From Candidatus Krumholzibacteriia bacterium (GTDB taxonomy: Bacteria; Krumholzibacteriota; Krumholzibacteriia; JAJRXK01): a DNA stretch of 64,000 nt. Position 1 is the first letter of the stretch. Every line of letters begins with the position of its first letter. The notes below the pieces were generated by a model, which was not told where the DNA came from, ran no database searches, and saw only the letters and a program-made list of their open reading frames with translations. The stretch spans positions 96,001 to 160,000 of the forward strand of contig JBGPIA010000008.1 in the NCBI GenBank assembly GCA_041484665.1. The letters run 5' to 3'. Below, piece after piece: positions 11,215 to 19,710 of the stretch. Made by a program: the position numbers and the translations under genes.

Positions 11215-12561
11215 TCAGGCCGGGGTCTCATCGAGTGGAAGCCCCAGCCGCTCCATACGGCTGTACAGCGCGCGGCGCGTCAGTCCCAGGTGCTGGGCCG
11301 CACGGGTTTTGTTGCCGGCGCTGCGCTTGAGCGCGATGCCGATCAGGCGCTTCTCGTGCTCGTCCAGATTCAGGCTGGCCGGCTCGCGCCCGCCCAGCTC
11401 CTCGCCCGCGGCGGCGCTGGGCAGGAGGATGTGCGCGAGCCCGACCGGGTCGGATCCGGCCAGGATGTGCGCCCGCTCGACGATGTTGCGCAGCTCGCGC
11501 ACGTTTCCCGGCCAGGGGTAGGCGCGCAGCCGCGCGATCACCGCCGGATCGACGGCCGCCGGATCGCGCCCCAGCTCGCCCATGAAGTGGGCGACCAGGA
11601 GCTGCAGGTCCTCGAGCCGGTCGCGCAGCGGCGGCAGATCCAGGGGGAAGACGTTGAACCGGTAGAAGAGATCCTCGCGGAAGCGCCCGTCGGCGATGCG
11701 CTGCTCGAGGTTCTGGTGCGTCGCCACCAGGATGCGCACGTCCACCGCCACTTCGCGGTGGCCCCCCACCGGGATGAAGGTGCGCCCCTCCAGCGCGCGC
11801 AACAGCTTGACCTGCACCGCCGCGTTGGCCTCCGCGATCTCGTCGAGGAAGATCGTGCCGGTGTGCGCCATCTCGAACAGCCCGGCCTTGTCTTTGTCGG
11901 CCCCGGTGAAGGCGCCCTTCACGTAACCGAACAGCTCGCTCTCCAGGAGCGTCTCGGGGATGGCGGCGCAGTTGACGGCGACGAACGGCCGGTCGGCCCG
12001 CTTGCTGCCGCGATGGATGGCCTTGGCCGTGAGCTCCTTGCCCGTGCCGCTCTCGCCGCGGATCAGCACGGTGGCGTCGGTGGGCGCAACGCGGGAGATC
12101 AGCGCGTGGACGCGGCCCATCGCCGGGCTTTGGCCGCGGATCTCCCAGCGCGCGACGTGACGGTCGTGCATCTGGCGCCAGCGGCTGTTCTCGTCCTGCA
12201 GGTCGCGCTCCTTGCCCACGCGCTGCGCCAGCAACTGCACCTCGTCGAGCTCGAGGGGCTTCTGCAGGTAGTCGTATGCGCCGGCCTTCATGGCGTCCAC
12301 CGCCTCCTTCACGCCGCCATGACCGGTCATCATGACCACGTGTGTGCGCGGGTGTTCGTCGCGCACGTGACGCAGCAGCGTGAGCCCGTCCATGGGGACC
12401 ATTCTGAGATCGGTGAACACGAGGTCGGCGGGCTCCTTCACCAGCTGATCGAGCGCCTGCTGTCCGCTGTGAGCGGCGCGCACCGTGTGGCCCTTGCGCT
12501 TGAGCGACTCGGCCAGCAGCACGCACATCTTGGGCTCGTCATCCACCACCAGGATCCTCAC
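11215..12561 (-). CDS. sigma-54-dependent response regulator (NtrC/AtoC/ZraR family)
   Basis: Receiver domain (ILVVDDE...TDLRM), GESGTGKE, GAFTGA, FLDEI, WPGNVREL and a Fis-type HTH; GTG start after GGAG. Confidence 0.95.
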   Translation of the reverse strand: MRILVVDDEPKMCVLLAESLKRKGHTVRAAHSGQQALDQLVKEPADLVFTDLRMVPMDGLTLLRHVRDEHPRTHVVMMTGHGGVKEAVDAMKAGAYDYLQKPLELDEVQLLAQRVGKERDLQDENSRWRQMHDRHVARWEIRGQSPAMGRVHALISRVAPTDATVLIRGESGTGKELTAKAIHRGSKRADRPFVAVNCAAIPETLLESELFGYVKGAFTGADKDKAGLFEMAHTGTIFLDEIAEANAAVQVKLLRALEGRTFIPVGGHREVAVDVRILVATHQNLEQRIADGRFREDLFYRFNVFPLDLPPLRDRLEDLQLLVAHFMGELGRDPAAVDPAVIARLRAYPWPGNVRELRNIVERAHILAGSDPVGLAHILLPSAAAGEELGGREPASLNLDEHEKRLIGIALKRSAGNKTRAAQHLGLTRRALYSRMERLGLPLDETPA

Positions 12562-12605
12562 CGCAGTCTCCTTCGGGTCGCGCTCGGGTCGCGCTCGGCT
12601 CGCCT

Positions 12606-14075
12606 TCAGGCCACCGCGGGGCCGCCGGGCGTGGCTGGGGCGGCGGGCGGAGGTCCCGCCGCGCTCTGCTCGGACAGCGGGAGCACGAGGGTCACGGTCG
12701 CCCCCGCACCCGGGCGGCCGTCGATCTCGATGCGACCCCCGTGGTCCTCCACGATCTGGCGGGCGATGCTCAGCCCCAACCCGCTCCCCTTCTCCTTGGT
12801 CGTCACGAACGGCTCGAACAACCGGCCGCGCTGGGCGGGGTCGATGCCGACCCCGGTGTCCGCCACCTCCACGGTGATCGCGCGTCCAAAGGGTCGCAGC
12901 GTCAGGCGCAGCTCCCCGCCGTCGGGCATGGCCTGGATCGCATTGAGGAAGAGATTGAGGAACACCTGCTGCAGCCGCCGCGGATCGGCCGTGAGGCGAA
13001 CCTGCTCCACCTCCAGGAGATTGTCCAGCACCCGCACCCGGGCGGCCTGGAAATCGGGCGTCATGATCTGCAGGATGCGCCGCACGAGCTGCACGAGTTC
13101 CAGCGGTACCGGACGCGGCGGAGCCTGCTTGGCGAAGTCGAGGTAACCGGTGAGGATGTCGTTGAGCCGGTCGACCTCCTCGGGGATGAATTCCAGCAGC
13201 TGCGCCTGGGCCGTCCCGTCGGCCAGCTCGCCGCGCAACAGCTGCGCCGTGTTCTTGATGATCCCCAGGGGATTGCGGATCTCGTGGGCGATCCCGGCCG
13301 CCATCCGCCCCATGGCCGAGAGACTCTCGCTGCGCAGCAGCGCGGCCCGCGTGCGGGCCAGCCGCAGCTGATAGCCGATCGTAATGGTGGTGAGCACGGC
13401 CACCAGCAGCACCAGCATCGCCCCCACCGCCCACAGCCGCTGACGCAGCTTGCCCAGCGCCTGGAAGAAGTCGGCGCTGGCCTCCACGCCGGTGAAGCCG
13501 CTCACATCGCCGTACGCATCGAAGACCGGCGCATAGGCGGCTTTGAGCCAGGTGCCGCCGATGCGCACAAGCTGCGTGACGCTGGCCGTGCCGGCACGCG
13601 CCTGCTCCACCGCGCCGAGGTCGAGCTTGAGGAAGGGGTCCTGGGTCTCGCGGGACAGCGAGTGGCTGGTGTCGACGATCGGCCGGCCATCCAGAGCGTA
13701 GATCGCTACGCGCGAGAGCGCGTTGTCCGCAACCACGCGTGAGAGCTGGGTCTCCAGCAACAGCGCGTTCACCGGCACGCTGGCCGCCAGGTCCCAGGAC
13801 AACAGCGAGTCACCCTCGACGGTGGCGGCCGCGGCGACGGCAATGTTGCGCAGTCGGATCCCCAGCTCCTGGTCGAGATAATGCTGCGCGTAGGCGTGGA
13901 CCCGCCAGAGTCCCAGCAGAAAGGCCGCCGTCAAGAGCGCTGCCAGCAGCAAGACGCCCAGCCACTGGCGGCGCGGCAGAGCGCCCGAGGGATGGTGGAC
14001 GCGGCCGTGCGCGAGGGGGCGCGCGGGCTCGCCCGCCAGCGGCCGCGCGGCGTCGTCCGCGCCGGCGCTAGCCAA
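12606..14075 (-). CDS. membrane sensor histidine kinase
   Basis: Two TM segments flanking a periplasmic domain; H-box AHEIRNPL, N-box NAIQAM, DTGVG, EPFVTTK, GSGLGL. Start uncertain. Confidence 0.93.
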   Translation of the reverse strand: MASAGADDAARPLAGEPARPLAHGRVHHPSGALPRRQWLGVLLLAALLTAAFLLGLWRVHAYAQHYLDQELGIRLRNIAVAAAATVEGDSLLSWDLAASVPVNALLLETQLSRVVADNALSRVAIYALDGRPIVDTSHSLSRETQDPFLKLDLGAVEQARAGTASVTQLVRIGGTWLKAAYAPVFDAYGDVSGFTGVEASADFFQALGKLRQRLWAVGAMLVLLVAVLTTITIGYQLRLARTRAALLRSESLSAMGRMAAGIAHEIRNPLGIIKNTAQLLRGELADGTAQAQLLEFIPEEVDRLNDILTGYLDFAKQAPPRPVPLELVQLVRRILQIMTPDFQAARVRVLDNLLEVEQVRLTADPRRLQQVFLNLFLNAIQAMPDGGELRLTLRPFGRAITVEVADTGVGIDPAQRGRLFEPFVTTKEKGSGLGLSIARQIVEDHGGRIEIDGRPGAGATVTLVLPLSEQSAAGPPPAAPATPGGPAVA

Positions 14076-15063
14076 GCGACTCCGCTTGCTGGGCGGCGTG
14101 GTAGGAGCTGCGCACGAGCGGCCCGGACTCCACGTGGGGGATGCCCAGAGCCCTGCCTTGCCGGCCAAGCTCGGCGAACTCGTCCGGGGTGTAGAAGCGC
14201 TCGACGCGATGGTGCGCCGCCGACGGCTGCAGGTACTGTCCGATGGTCAGGATGTCGACGCCGACCTCCCGCACGTCGGCCAGCAGCGCCGTCAATTCGT
14301 CGGGCTCCTCGCCCAGGCCGACCATCAAGCCCGTCTTGATCGCCATGCGCGCCGGGGCGCCACCCGCCGCGGGCGCGCGTTCCGCGTCTAGAGCAGCCCC
14401 TGCGGCGAGCGCGCCGCCGGCCGCGGCGGTGGCGCAGGCGCGGCGCAGGATGCCCAGGGAATGGGCGTAGCTGCTGCGCGGGCGCACGCCCGGGTAGAGG
14501 CGCTGCACGGTCTCCAGGTTGTGCGCGAGCACGTCGGGCCCGGCGGCCATCACCCGCTCCAGAGCCCCCGCCTTGCCGGCGAAGTCGGGAACGAGCAGCT
14601 CGATGCGCGTGCCGGGACACCCGGCGCGGATGCGCTCCACGCTCTGGACGAAGATCGAGGCGCCGCCGTCGGGCAGATCGTCGCGATCGACCGAGGTGAT
14701 CACCGCGTGGCGCAACGAGAGCGTCGCCACCGCCTCGGCGAGGCGCCGCGGCTCGTCTTGGTCGACGCGTCCGCTCCAGCCGTAGCCGACGTTGCAAAAG
14801 GTGCAGCGGCGCGTGCAGCGGTCGCCCAGGATGAGGAAGGTGGCCGTGCGCGCGTTCCAGCACTCGGCCTGGTTGGGGCAGCGCGCCTCGGCGCAGATGG
14901 TGTGCAGGTCGTGGTCGCGCACCAGCCGGCGCAGGGCGATGTAGTCCTGCCCGCTGCGGGGCGCCATGGTCAGCCAGCCCGGCTTGCGCACGCGCGGCTC
15001 GCCCATGACGTGGCGGGTCCGCGAGCGCACCGGGAGGGCGCCGCCGCGCTCGTCGGCGCTCAC
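14068..15063 (-). CDS. lipA: lipoyl synthase
   Basis: CAEARCPNQAEC, CTRRCTFC, HNLETV, GQYLQPS, GPLVRSSY. Confidence 0.96.
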   Translation of the reverse strand: MSADERGGALPVRSRTRHVMGEPRVRKPGWLTMAPRSGQDYIALRRLVRDHDLHTICAEARCPNQAECWNARTATFLILGDRCTRRCTFCNVGYGWSGRVDQDEPRRLAEAVATLSLRHAVITSVDRDDLPDGGASIFVQSVERIRAGCPGTRIELLVPDFAGKAGALERVMAAGPDVLAHNLETVQRLYPGVRPRSSYAHSLGILRRACATAAAGGALAAGAALDAERAPAAGGAPARMAIKTGLMVGLGEEPDELTALLADVREVGVDILTIGQYLQPSAAHHRVERFYTPDEFAELGRQGRALGIPHVESGPLVRSSYHAAQQAESLG

Positions 15064-15926
15064 AGCTGCACCTCTTCGCGCAGCACGAAGCCGTCGTCGC
15101 GATACTCGATGGTGCAGGCCTGCACGCGCGGATCGTGGTCGAAAGCGAGCACCCAGCCCTCGGCGTTGGCCTGGGCCAGGATCTGCTTCTTCTCCGTCAG
15201 CGTCAGCAGGGGATTGAGGTCGAAGGCCATCGTCCACGGCACGCGCAGCTGGCTGGCGAAGGGGATCAAATCGGCGCAGAAGAGCAGCGTTGCGTCGCGG
15301 TCCCCGATGCGCGCCAGCTGCTGGCCCGGCGTGTGCCCGTTGACCACCATCACCGTCAGGCCGGGCAGGATCTCCCGCGGCCCCTGCAGCAGCCGCAGTT
15401 GGCCCTCGTGCTCCAGCAGCGTCTCCCAATCCACGCTACGGAAGCTGCGCCGGTCGCGCTCGGTGGGCTGGCGCGCCCACTCCAGATTCTGCCCCTGCAC
15501 CCAATGCGTAGCCCGCGGAAACGTCGGGCGCGGCGCGCCGCCCTCGCGCGTCACCGCGCCGCCAGCGTGGTCGAAGTGCAGATGGGTGAGCACGACATCG
15601 GTCACGTCCTGCGGCGCCACGCCCTGGCGCTGCAGGTCCGCGAGCAGTCCGCCGCCATCGCGTCGGATGTCGTAGATCCGGCGCTCGCGCTCGCCCCAGC
15701 CGTCGCCCATGCCGCAGTCCACCAGCACCACGTGCCCCTCGCCGCGCACCAGCAGGCAGCGCAACGCGAGTTCGATGCGATTGTGCTCGTCGGCCGGGTG
15801 GATGCGTTCCCAGAGGATCTTGGGCACGACGCCGAACATGCTCCCGCCGTCGAGGCGGTAGCTGCCGTCGGTGACGACCGAGACGTCGTAGGGGCCGAAG
15901 CGCACTGCGTGCCTCCGCCGCGTCAA
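15060..15926 (-). CDS. MBL-fold metallo-hydrolase (YtnP-like)
   Basis: LDGGSMFGVVPK, THLHFDHAGG, GHTPG. Confidence 0.9.
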   Translation of the reverse strand: MTRRRHAVRFGPYDVSVVTDGSYRLDGGSMFGVVPKILWERIHPADEHNRIELALRCLLVRGEGHVVLVDCGMGDGWGERERRIYDIRRDGGGLLADLQRQGVAPQDVTDVVLTHLHFDHAGGAVTREGGAPRPTFPRATHWVQGQNLEWARQPTERDRRSFRSVDWETLLEHEGQLRLLQGPREILPGLTVMVVNGHTPGQQLARIGDRDATLLFCADLIPFASQLRVPWTMAFDLNPLLTLTEKKQILAQANAEGWVLAFDHDPRVQACTIEYRDDGFVLREEVQL

Positions 15927-16001
15927 GGGGCCGGGCGGCGAGCGCAGGCCTCTCCGCCGGATCCGGACCCGACGGAGATTAGCCCATGCGTTGCGGGGGT
16001 G

Positions 16002-16889
16002 CTAGGGCTCTCGTCCGGCCCGGCCTCGCGCAGCCATCTGCGCTCTCGCCCGCTCGGCGCGCCGGCGCGTGCGCCCGGCGAAGCGCCGCACCACCAGATC
16101 CAGCAGCCACGGCGTCCAGCGCGCTGCGACCTCCACCGCCTGGCCGCGCCACGATACGACCACGCGCCGGCTTCCGGGCCGCGCGGCGGCCACCACCGCG
16201 CGAGCGACCGCCTCGGCCGCGATCATAGGCGTAGCCGAGCTGGGCGCGATCTCGCCGTGCATCGCGGCTGCAAAGAACTCGGTGTCGGTGCCCGGTGGGC
16301 ACACGCTGCGAACGCTGATGCCCTCCCGCGACAGCTCGCCGCGCATCGACTGCGTGAGACCCTCGATGGCGTGCTTGCTGGCGCAGTAGACCGCCGAATC
16401 GGGGATCCCGACGAAGCCCACCACGCTCCCCACGTTGACGATGGCTGGGCGTCGCCCCCGCCGCAGCAGTGGCAGGGCCGCGCGCGAGCACCAGATCACG
16501 CCCAGCACGTTCACGGCGAGCACCCGCTCGATGTGCTCGGGGCGGCAGCTCTCCAGCCGGTCGTACAGCCCGACGCCAGCGTTGTTGACCAGCACGTCCA
16601 GTCCACCCCAGCAGCGATCGAGCGTCGCAAGGGCCGCCTCAACCGCAAAGCGGTCGGCGACGTCGCACGGCAGCACCACGCTGTGCGGACCGAGCTCCGC
16701 AGCGAGGGCGCGCAAGCGATCCGCGCGGCGCGCCAGCAGCGCTACGCGCGCGCCCCGCGAGGCGAACTGGCGAGCCGTCGCCCGCCCGATCCCGGCGGAG
16801 GCTCCCGTGACCAGGACGCGCAGCGAGCCGCCGGGCGTGGGAGAGCTCGCCGCGGAGCCGGCTGGCGAATTGCGGTCGGGCCGGTCCAT
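16002..16889 (-). CDS. short-chain dehydrogenase/reductase
   Basis: TGASAGIG, NNAG, YCASK. Confidence 0.92.
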   Translation of the reverse strand: MDRPDRNSPAGSAASSPTPGGSLRVLVTGASAGIGRATARQFASRGARVALLARRADRLRALAAELGPHSVVLPCDVADRFAVEAALATLDRCWGGLDVLVNNAGVGLYDRLESCRPEHIERVLAVNVLGVIWCSRAALPLLRRGRRPAIVNVGSVVGFVGIPDSAVYCASKHAIEGLTQSMRGELSREGISVRSVCPPGTDTEFFAAAMHGEIAPSSATPMIAAEAVARAVVAAARPGSRRVVVSWRGQAVEVAARWTPWLLDLVVRRFAGRTRRRAERARAQMAARGRAGREP

Positions 16890-17049
16890 ACCGAACCTCC
16901 GGACTGCGCACGGCACTGAAGGGACTCGCGCGTGGGCGCCGGCAGCAGGCCGGGCTCGCCCGCCGCTGCATTCTCGCGGCCCACCCCCGCCGGGGCAAGC
17001 CTGGCGGCAGAGCACGCCGGCGATACGCACCCTGAGCGGTCGAGCGTTG

Positions 17050-17083
17050 GTTCGACCGTTGGGTCTGTTCGACCGTTGGGTCT
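17050..17083. repeat. perfect 17-bp tandem repeat (x2)
   Basis: GTTCGACCGTTGGGTCT at 17050-17066 and 17067-17083. Confidence 0.9.
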
Positions 17084-17111
17084 TGCCAAGCACGGGGCGC
17101 CGTCGTAGGCT
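17083..17111 (+). promoter_or_regulatory. sigma70 promoter of the cobalamin-regulated operon
   Basis: TTGCCA-N17-TAGGCT. Confidence 0.55.
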
Positions 17112-17134
17112 GCCGCTCGACTCCACCAAAGTCT

Positions 17135-17295
17135 AGGAGTCACGCCCGGCGGGACGAATCGGGAAGCTGGTGTGAGTCCAGCGCGGCCCCGCCACTGTCA
17201 CCGGCGACGACTGCTGCACGATGCCACTGGGGCGCAGGGCCCTGGGAAGGCGCAGCCGGTCGGCCTGAGCCGGGAGCCAGGAGACCGACCCCGGG
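17135..17295 (+). ncRNA. cobalamin (B12) riboswitch
   Basis: AATCGGGAAGCTGGTGTGAGTCCAGCGCGGCCCCGCCACTGT ... GCCACTG ... GGGAAGG ... GAGCCAGGAGACC (B12 box) upstream of a TonB receptor; boundaries approximate. Confidence 0.92.
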
Positions 17296-17421
17296 CGTTG
17301 CAACCGTACCTTCGCAGGGAGGGTCGGTGGTGCCGCCTCACGCGCCCCGCTGCCACATGCTCGTCCCGTTGGACCGGCCTCCGCGAAGGTGTCCGCCCAG
17401 GACCGCTCGAGGAGGACGGGA

Positions 17422-19710
17422 ATGCATCCCCGCACGCGCCGCACGCCCGCCGGCCTGGGGCTGATCTGCCTCCTGTCGGTGGCTGTGCAGCAGGCCGCGG
17501 CCGCCGACATGGGTCGGGGCTCACAGACGGCGACGGCGCTCCCCGACTCGGGCGCGATCTACCGCGTGCCCGAGATCGAAGTGCGCGCACGCCGGCTCGA
17601 TCGCCAGGAGCTCCTGGACAGCGCTCCCGCATTTGGCTCGGTGCTCAGTGCGTCGAGCTGGGCGGGCGGCGTGACCACTGCCGCCACGGCGCTCGCCGGA
17701 GCGGCGGGCGTCAACGTCCGCGAAAGCGGAGGCATCGGCAGCTACAGCACGGTCAGTCTGCGCGGGTCCAGCGCGGGTCAGGTGCCCATCTACCTGGATG
17801 GTGTTCCGCTGAACGCGCCACAGCGCGGCGAGGTCAATCTGGCCGATCTCCCGCTGGCGGGACTCGAGCGCATCGAGGTGTATCGCGGCGCGGCGCCGCT
17901 GATCCTGGGCGGCGCGTCTCTGGGCGGCGCGATCCACCTTTTCAGCGGCAGCACCGCTGTGCCGCCATGGCTCTGCGCGGCGCGGTCGAGCTTCGGCACC
18001 GCCGAGCTGCAGGGCGGCGCGGGCGCGCGCCTGCGCGGATGGACCGTCGCGCTGCGGGGGCGGCTGGTCCGCAGCCGCGGCGACTGGCGCTTCCCCACTG
18101 ACAACGGCACGCCCTACAACCAGGAGGACGACGGAATCGCCACGCGGGCCAACAACGACGTGGGCGGCGCGGGTGGGCTGCTGAGCGCGCGCCGGCCGCT
18201 GCGCGGCTGGACGTTGGTCGCAAGCGAACTGCTCGATGGCCGCGAGCAGGGTGTCCCGGGCTACGCGATCAGCCCGGCGCAACATGCGCGCAGCAGCAGT
18301 TTCACGCATCAGCTGCGCGTGGCGCTGGAGCGGCCCCGCTCCCTCGGCGGGGCGGCGCGCGGGCTGCGCAGCGTCGAGCTCTACCACCGTCTCGACCGCC
18401 AGGGCTTCTTTGACCACGCCGGCGAGCTGGGGCTGGGGCCGGCCGACCGCAAAGACTGCACGGCGAGCCTGGGCGCCGCGGCCATCGGTCGGCTCGCTGG
18501 GTGGCTGCAGCGCTGGCCGGCACTCCAACCCGCGTGGCGGCTCGAGACGCAGTGGTCGCGCTTGCGCAGCGAGGACGGCCTCGCGGCCGACCCGCGCGGA
18601 GCGCCGCAGACCCGTTGGACCCTTGCGGCTGCCGTGCAGCCCGCGCTGCACCTGCTCCACGATCGCCTGGAACTGGTGCCTGGCGCGCGTGTGGAGATGG
18701 ATGCCGATCGCTTCCACGGCGTGCCGTTCGGGACCAGCCTGCCCGGCGGGCCGGCCGACCGGCGCACGAGCTGGGCGCACACCTGGCAGCTGGGCGCGCG
18801 CTACGCGTTGGGGGGTGGGGTGGAGCTCAAGACCAACCTCGGCGCGTACGACCGGGTGCCGACCTTGCTGGAGCGCTTCGGTGCGCGCGGCACCGTGATC
18901 GGCAACCCTGGCCTGCAGCCCGAGCACGGCGTCAACCGCGACCTGGGGTTCGTGTGGAGCGGCGCCGGTCAGGCAGCGCCGTGGGCGCGCCAGCGTATCG
19001 CCGTGAGCGTGTTCCATAACGACGCGCGCGATCTGATCGCCTTCGTGCGCAACAGCCAGCGCACGGCGGTGCCGCTCAACATCGGTGCGGCCGAGATCCA
19101 GGGGCTGGAAGTCGAGGCGGAGCTCGGCGTGCCGGGCGTGGTCACCTGGCAGGCGAACTACACCCGCCTGCTGACGCGCGACCGCACGAACACGCGCTAT
19201 GCAGCAGGCAAGCAACTCCCGGGTCGGCCCGGCCACGAGGCCGCAGTGCGCATCGGGTTCGGCGCGGCGGGCCGCAGCGCTCCCGGCGCGCCACCCGTCT
19301 TCGGCTACACCATCGCGGCGCTCGCCGAGGACTACCTCGATCGCGCCAACCGCGACCGCGTGCCCAGCCGCGTGCTGCAGGGCGTGTTCGCCAACCTGGC
19401 GCTGCACTGGCCCGCGCGCGCGGCGTTGCTCAGCGCGCGCGTCGACAATTTGACCAACGAGCAGGTTTTCGACCTCGCCGGCTGGCCGCTGCCCGGACGT
19501 ACGCTGACGGTATCGCTGTCGGTGGGAGGACGCGGCTCGCCTGTGCCAAGCGCGACGATCGAGCAGGACAACCCCCCGAGCGCAGGAGGACGGGATGCGC
19601 AGCCAACTCCAGACGAAGTGCACGCTGAACAAAACGACCGGCAAGCCGCAGGACCTGATCCAGATGCCGCACGACAGGCATCCCAAGCCGCACGATACGA
19701 TGGGCGGTAG
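17422..19710 (+). CDS. btuB: TonB-dependent receptor, BtuB-like
   Basis: Plug domain (SLRGS...YLDGVPLN...IEVYRG), GNPGLQPE, DNLTN...PGRT; downstream of a B12 riboswitch; GGAGG RBS. Confidence 0.85.
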   Translation: MHPRTRRTPAGLGLICLLSVAVQQAAAADMGRGSQTATALPDSGAIYRVPEIEVRARRLDRQELLDSAPAFGSVLSASSWAGGVTTAATALAGAAGVNVRESGGIGSYSTVSLRGSSAGQVPIYLDGVPLNAPQRGEVNLADLPLAGLERIEVYRGAAPLILGGASLGGAIHLFSGSTAVPPWLCAARSSFGTAELQGGAGARLRGWTVALRGRLVRSRGDWRFPTDNGTPYNQEDDGIATRANNDVGGAGGLLSARRPLRGWTLVASELLDGREQGVPGYAISPAQHARSSSFTHQLRVALERPRSLGGAARGLRSVELYHRLDRQGFFDHAGELGLGPADRKDCTASLGAAAIGRLAGWLQRWPALQPAWRLETQWSRLRSEDGLAADPRGAPQTRWTLAAAVQPALHLLHDRLELVPGARVEMDADRFHGVPFGTSLPGGPADRRTSWAHTWQLGARYALGGGVELKTNLGAYDRVPTLLERFGARGTVIGNPGLQPEHGVNRDLGFVWSGAGQAAPWARQRIAVSVFHNDARDLIAFVRNSQRTAVPLNIGAAEIQGLEVEAELGVPGVVTWQANYTRLLTRDRTNTRYAAGKQLPGRPGHEAAVRIGFGAAGRSAPGAPPVFGYTIAALAEDYLDRANRDRVPSRVLQGVFANLALHWPARAALLSARVDNLTNEQVFDLAGWPLPGRTLTVSLSVGGRGSPVPSATIEQDNPPSAGGRDAQPTPDEVHAEQNDRQAAGPDPDAARQASQAARYDGR

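Noticed and set aside
11215..13434. Apparent 739-aa regulator, and similarly over-long Pfk, ActC, ActD, ActE and LipA ORFs
   Set aside because: The upstream extensions overlap neighbouring genes in other frames. Internal starts with an RBS or stop-start coupling give normal lengths, so these are not fusions.
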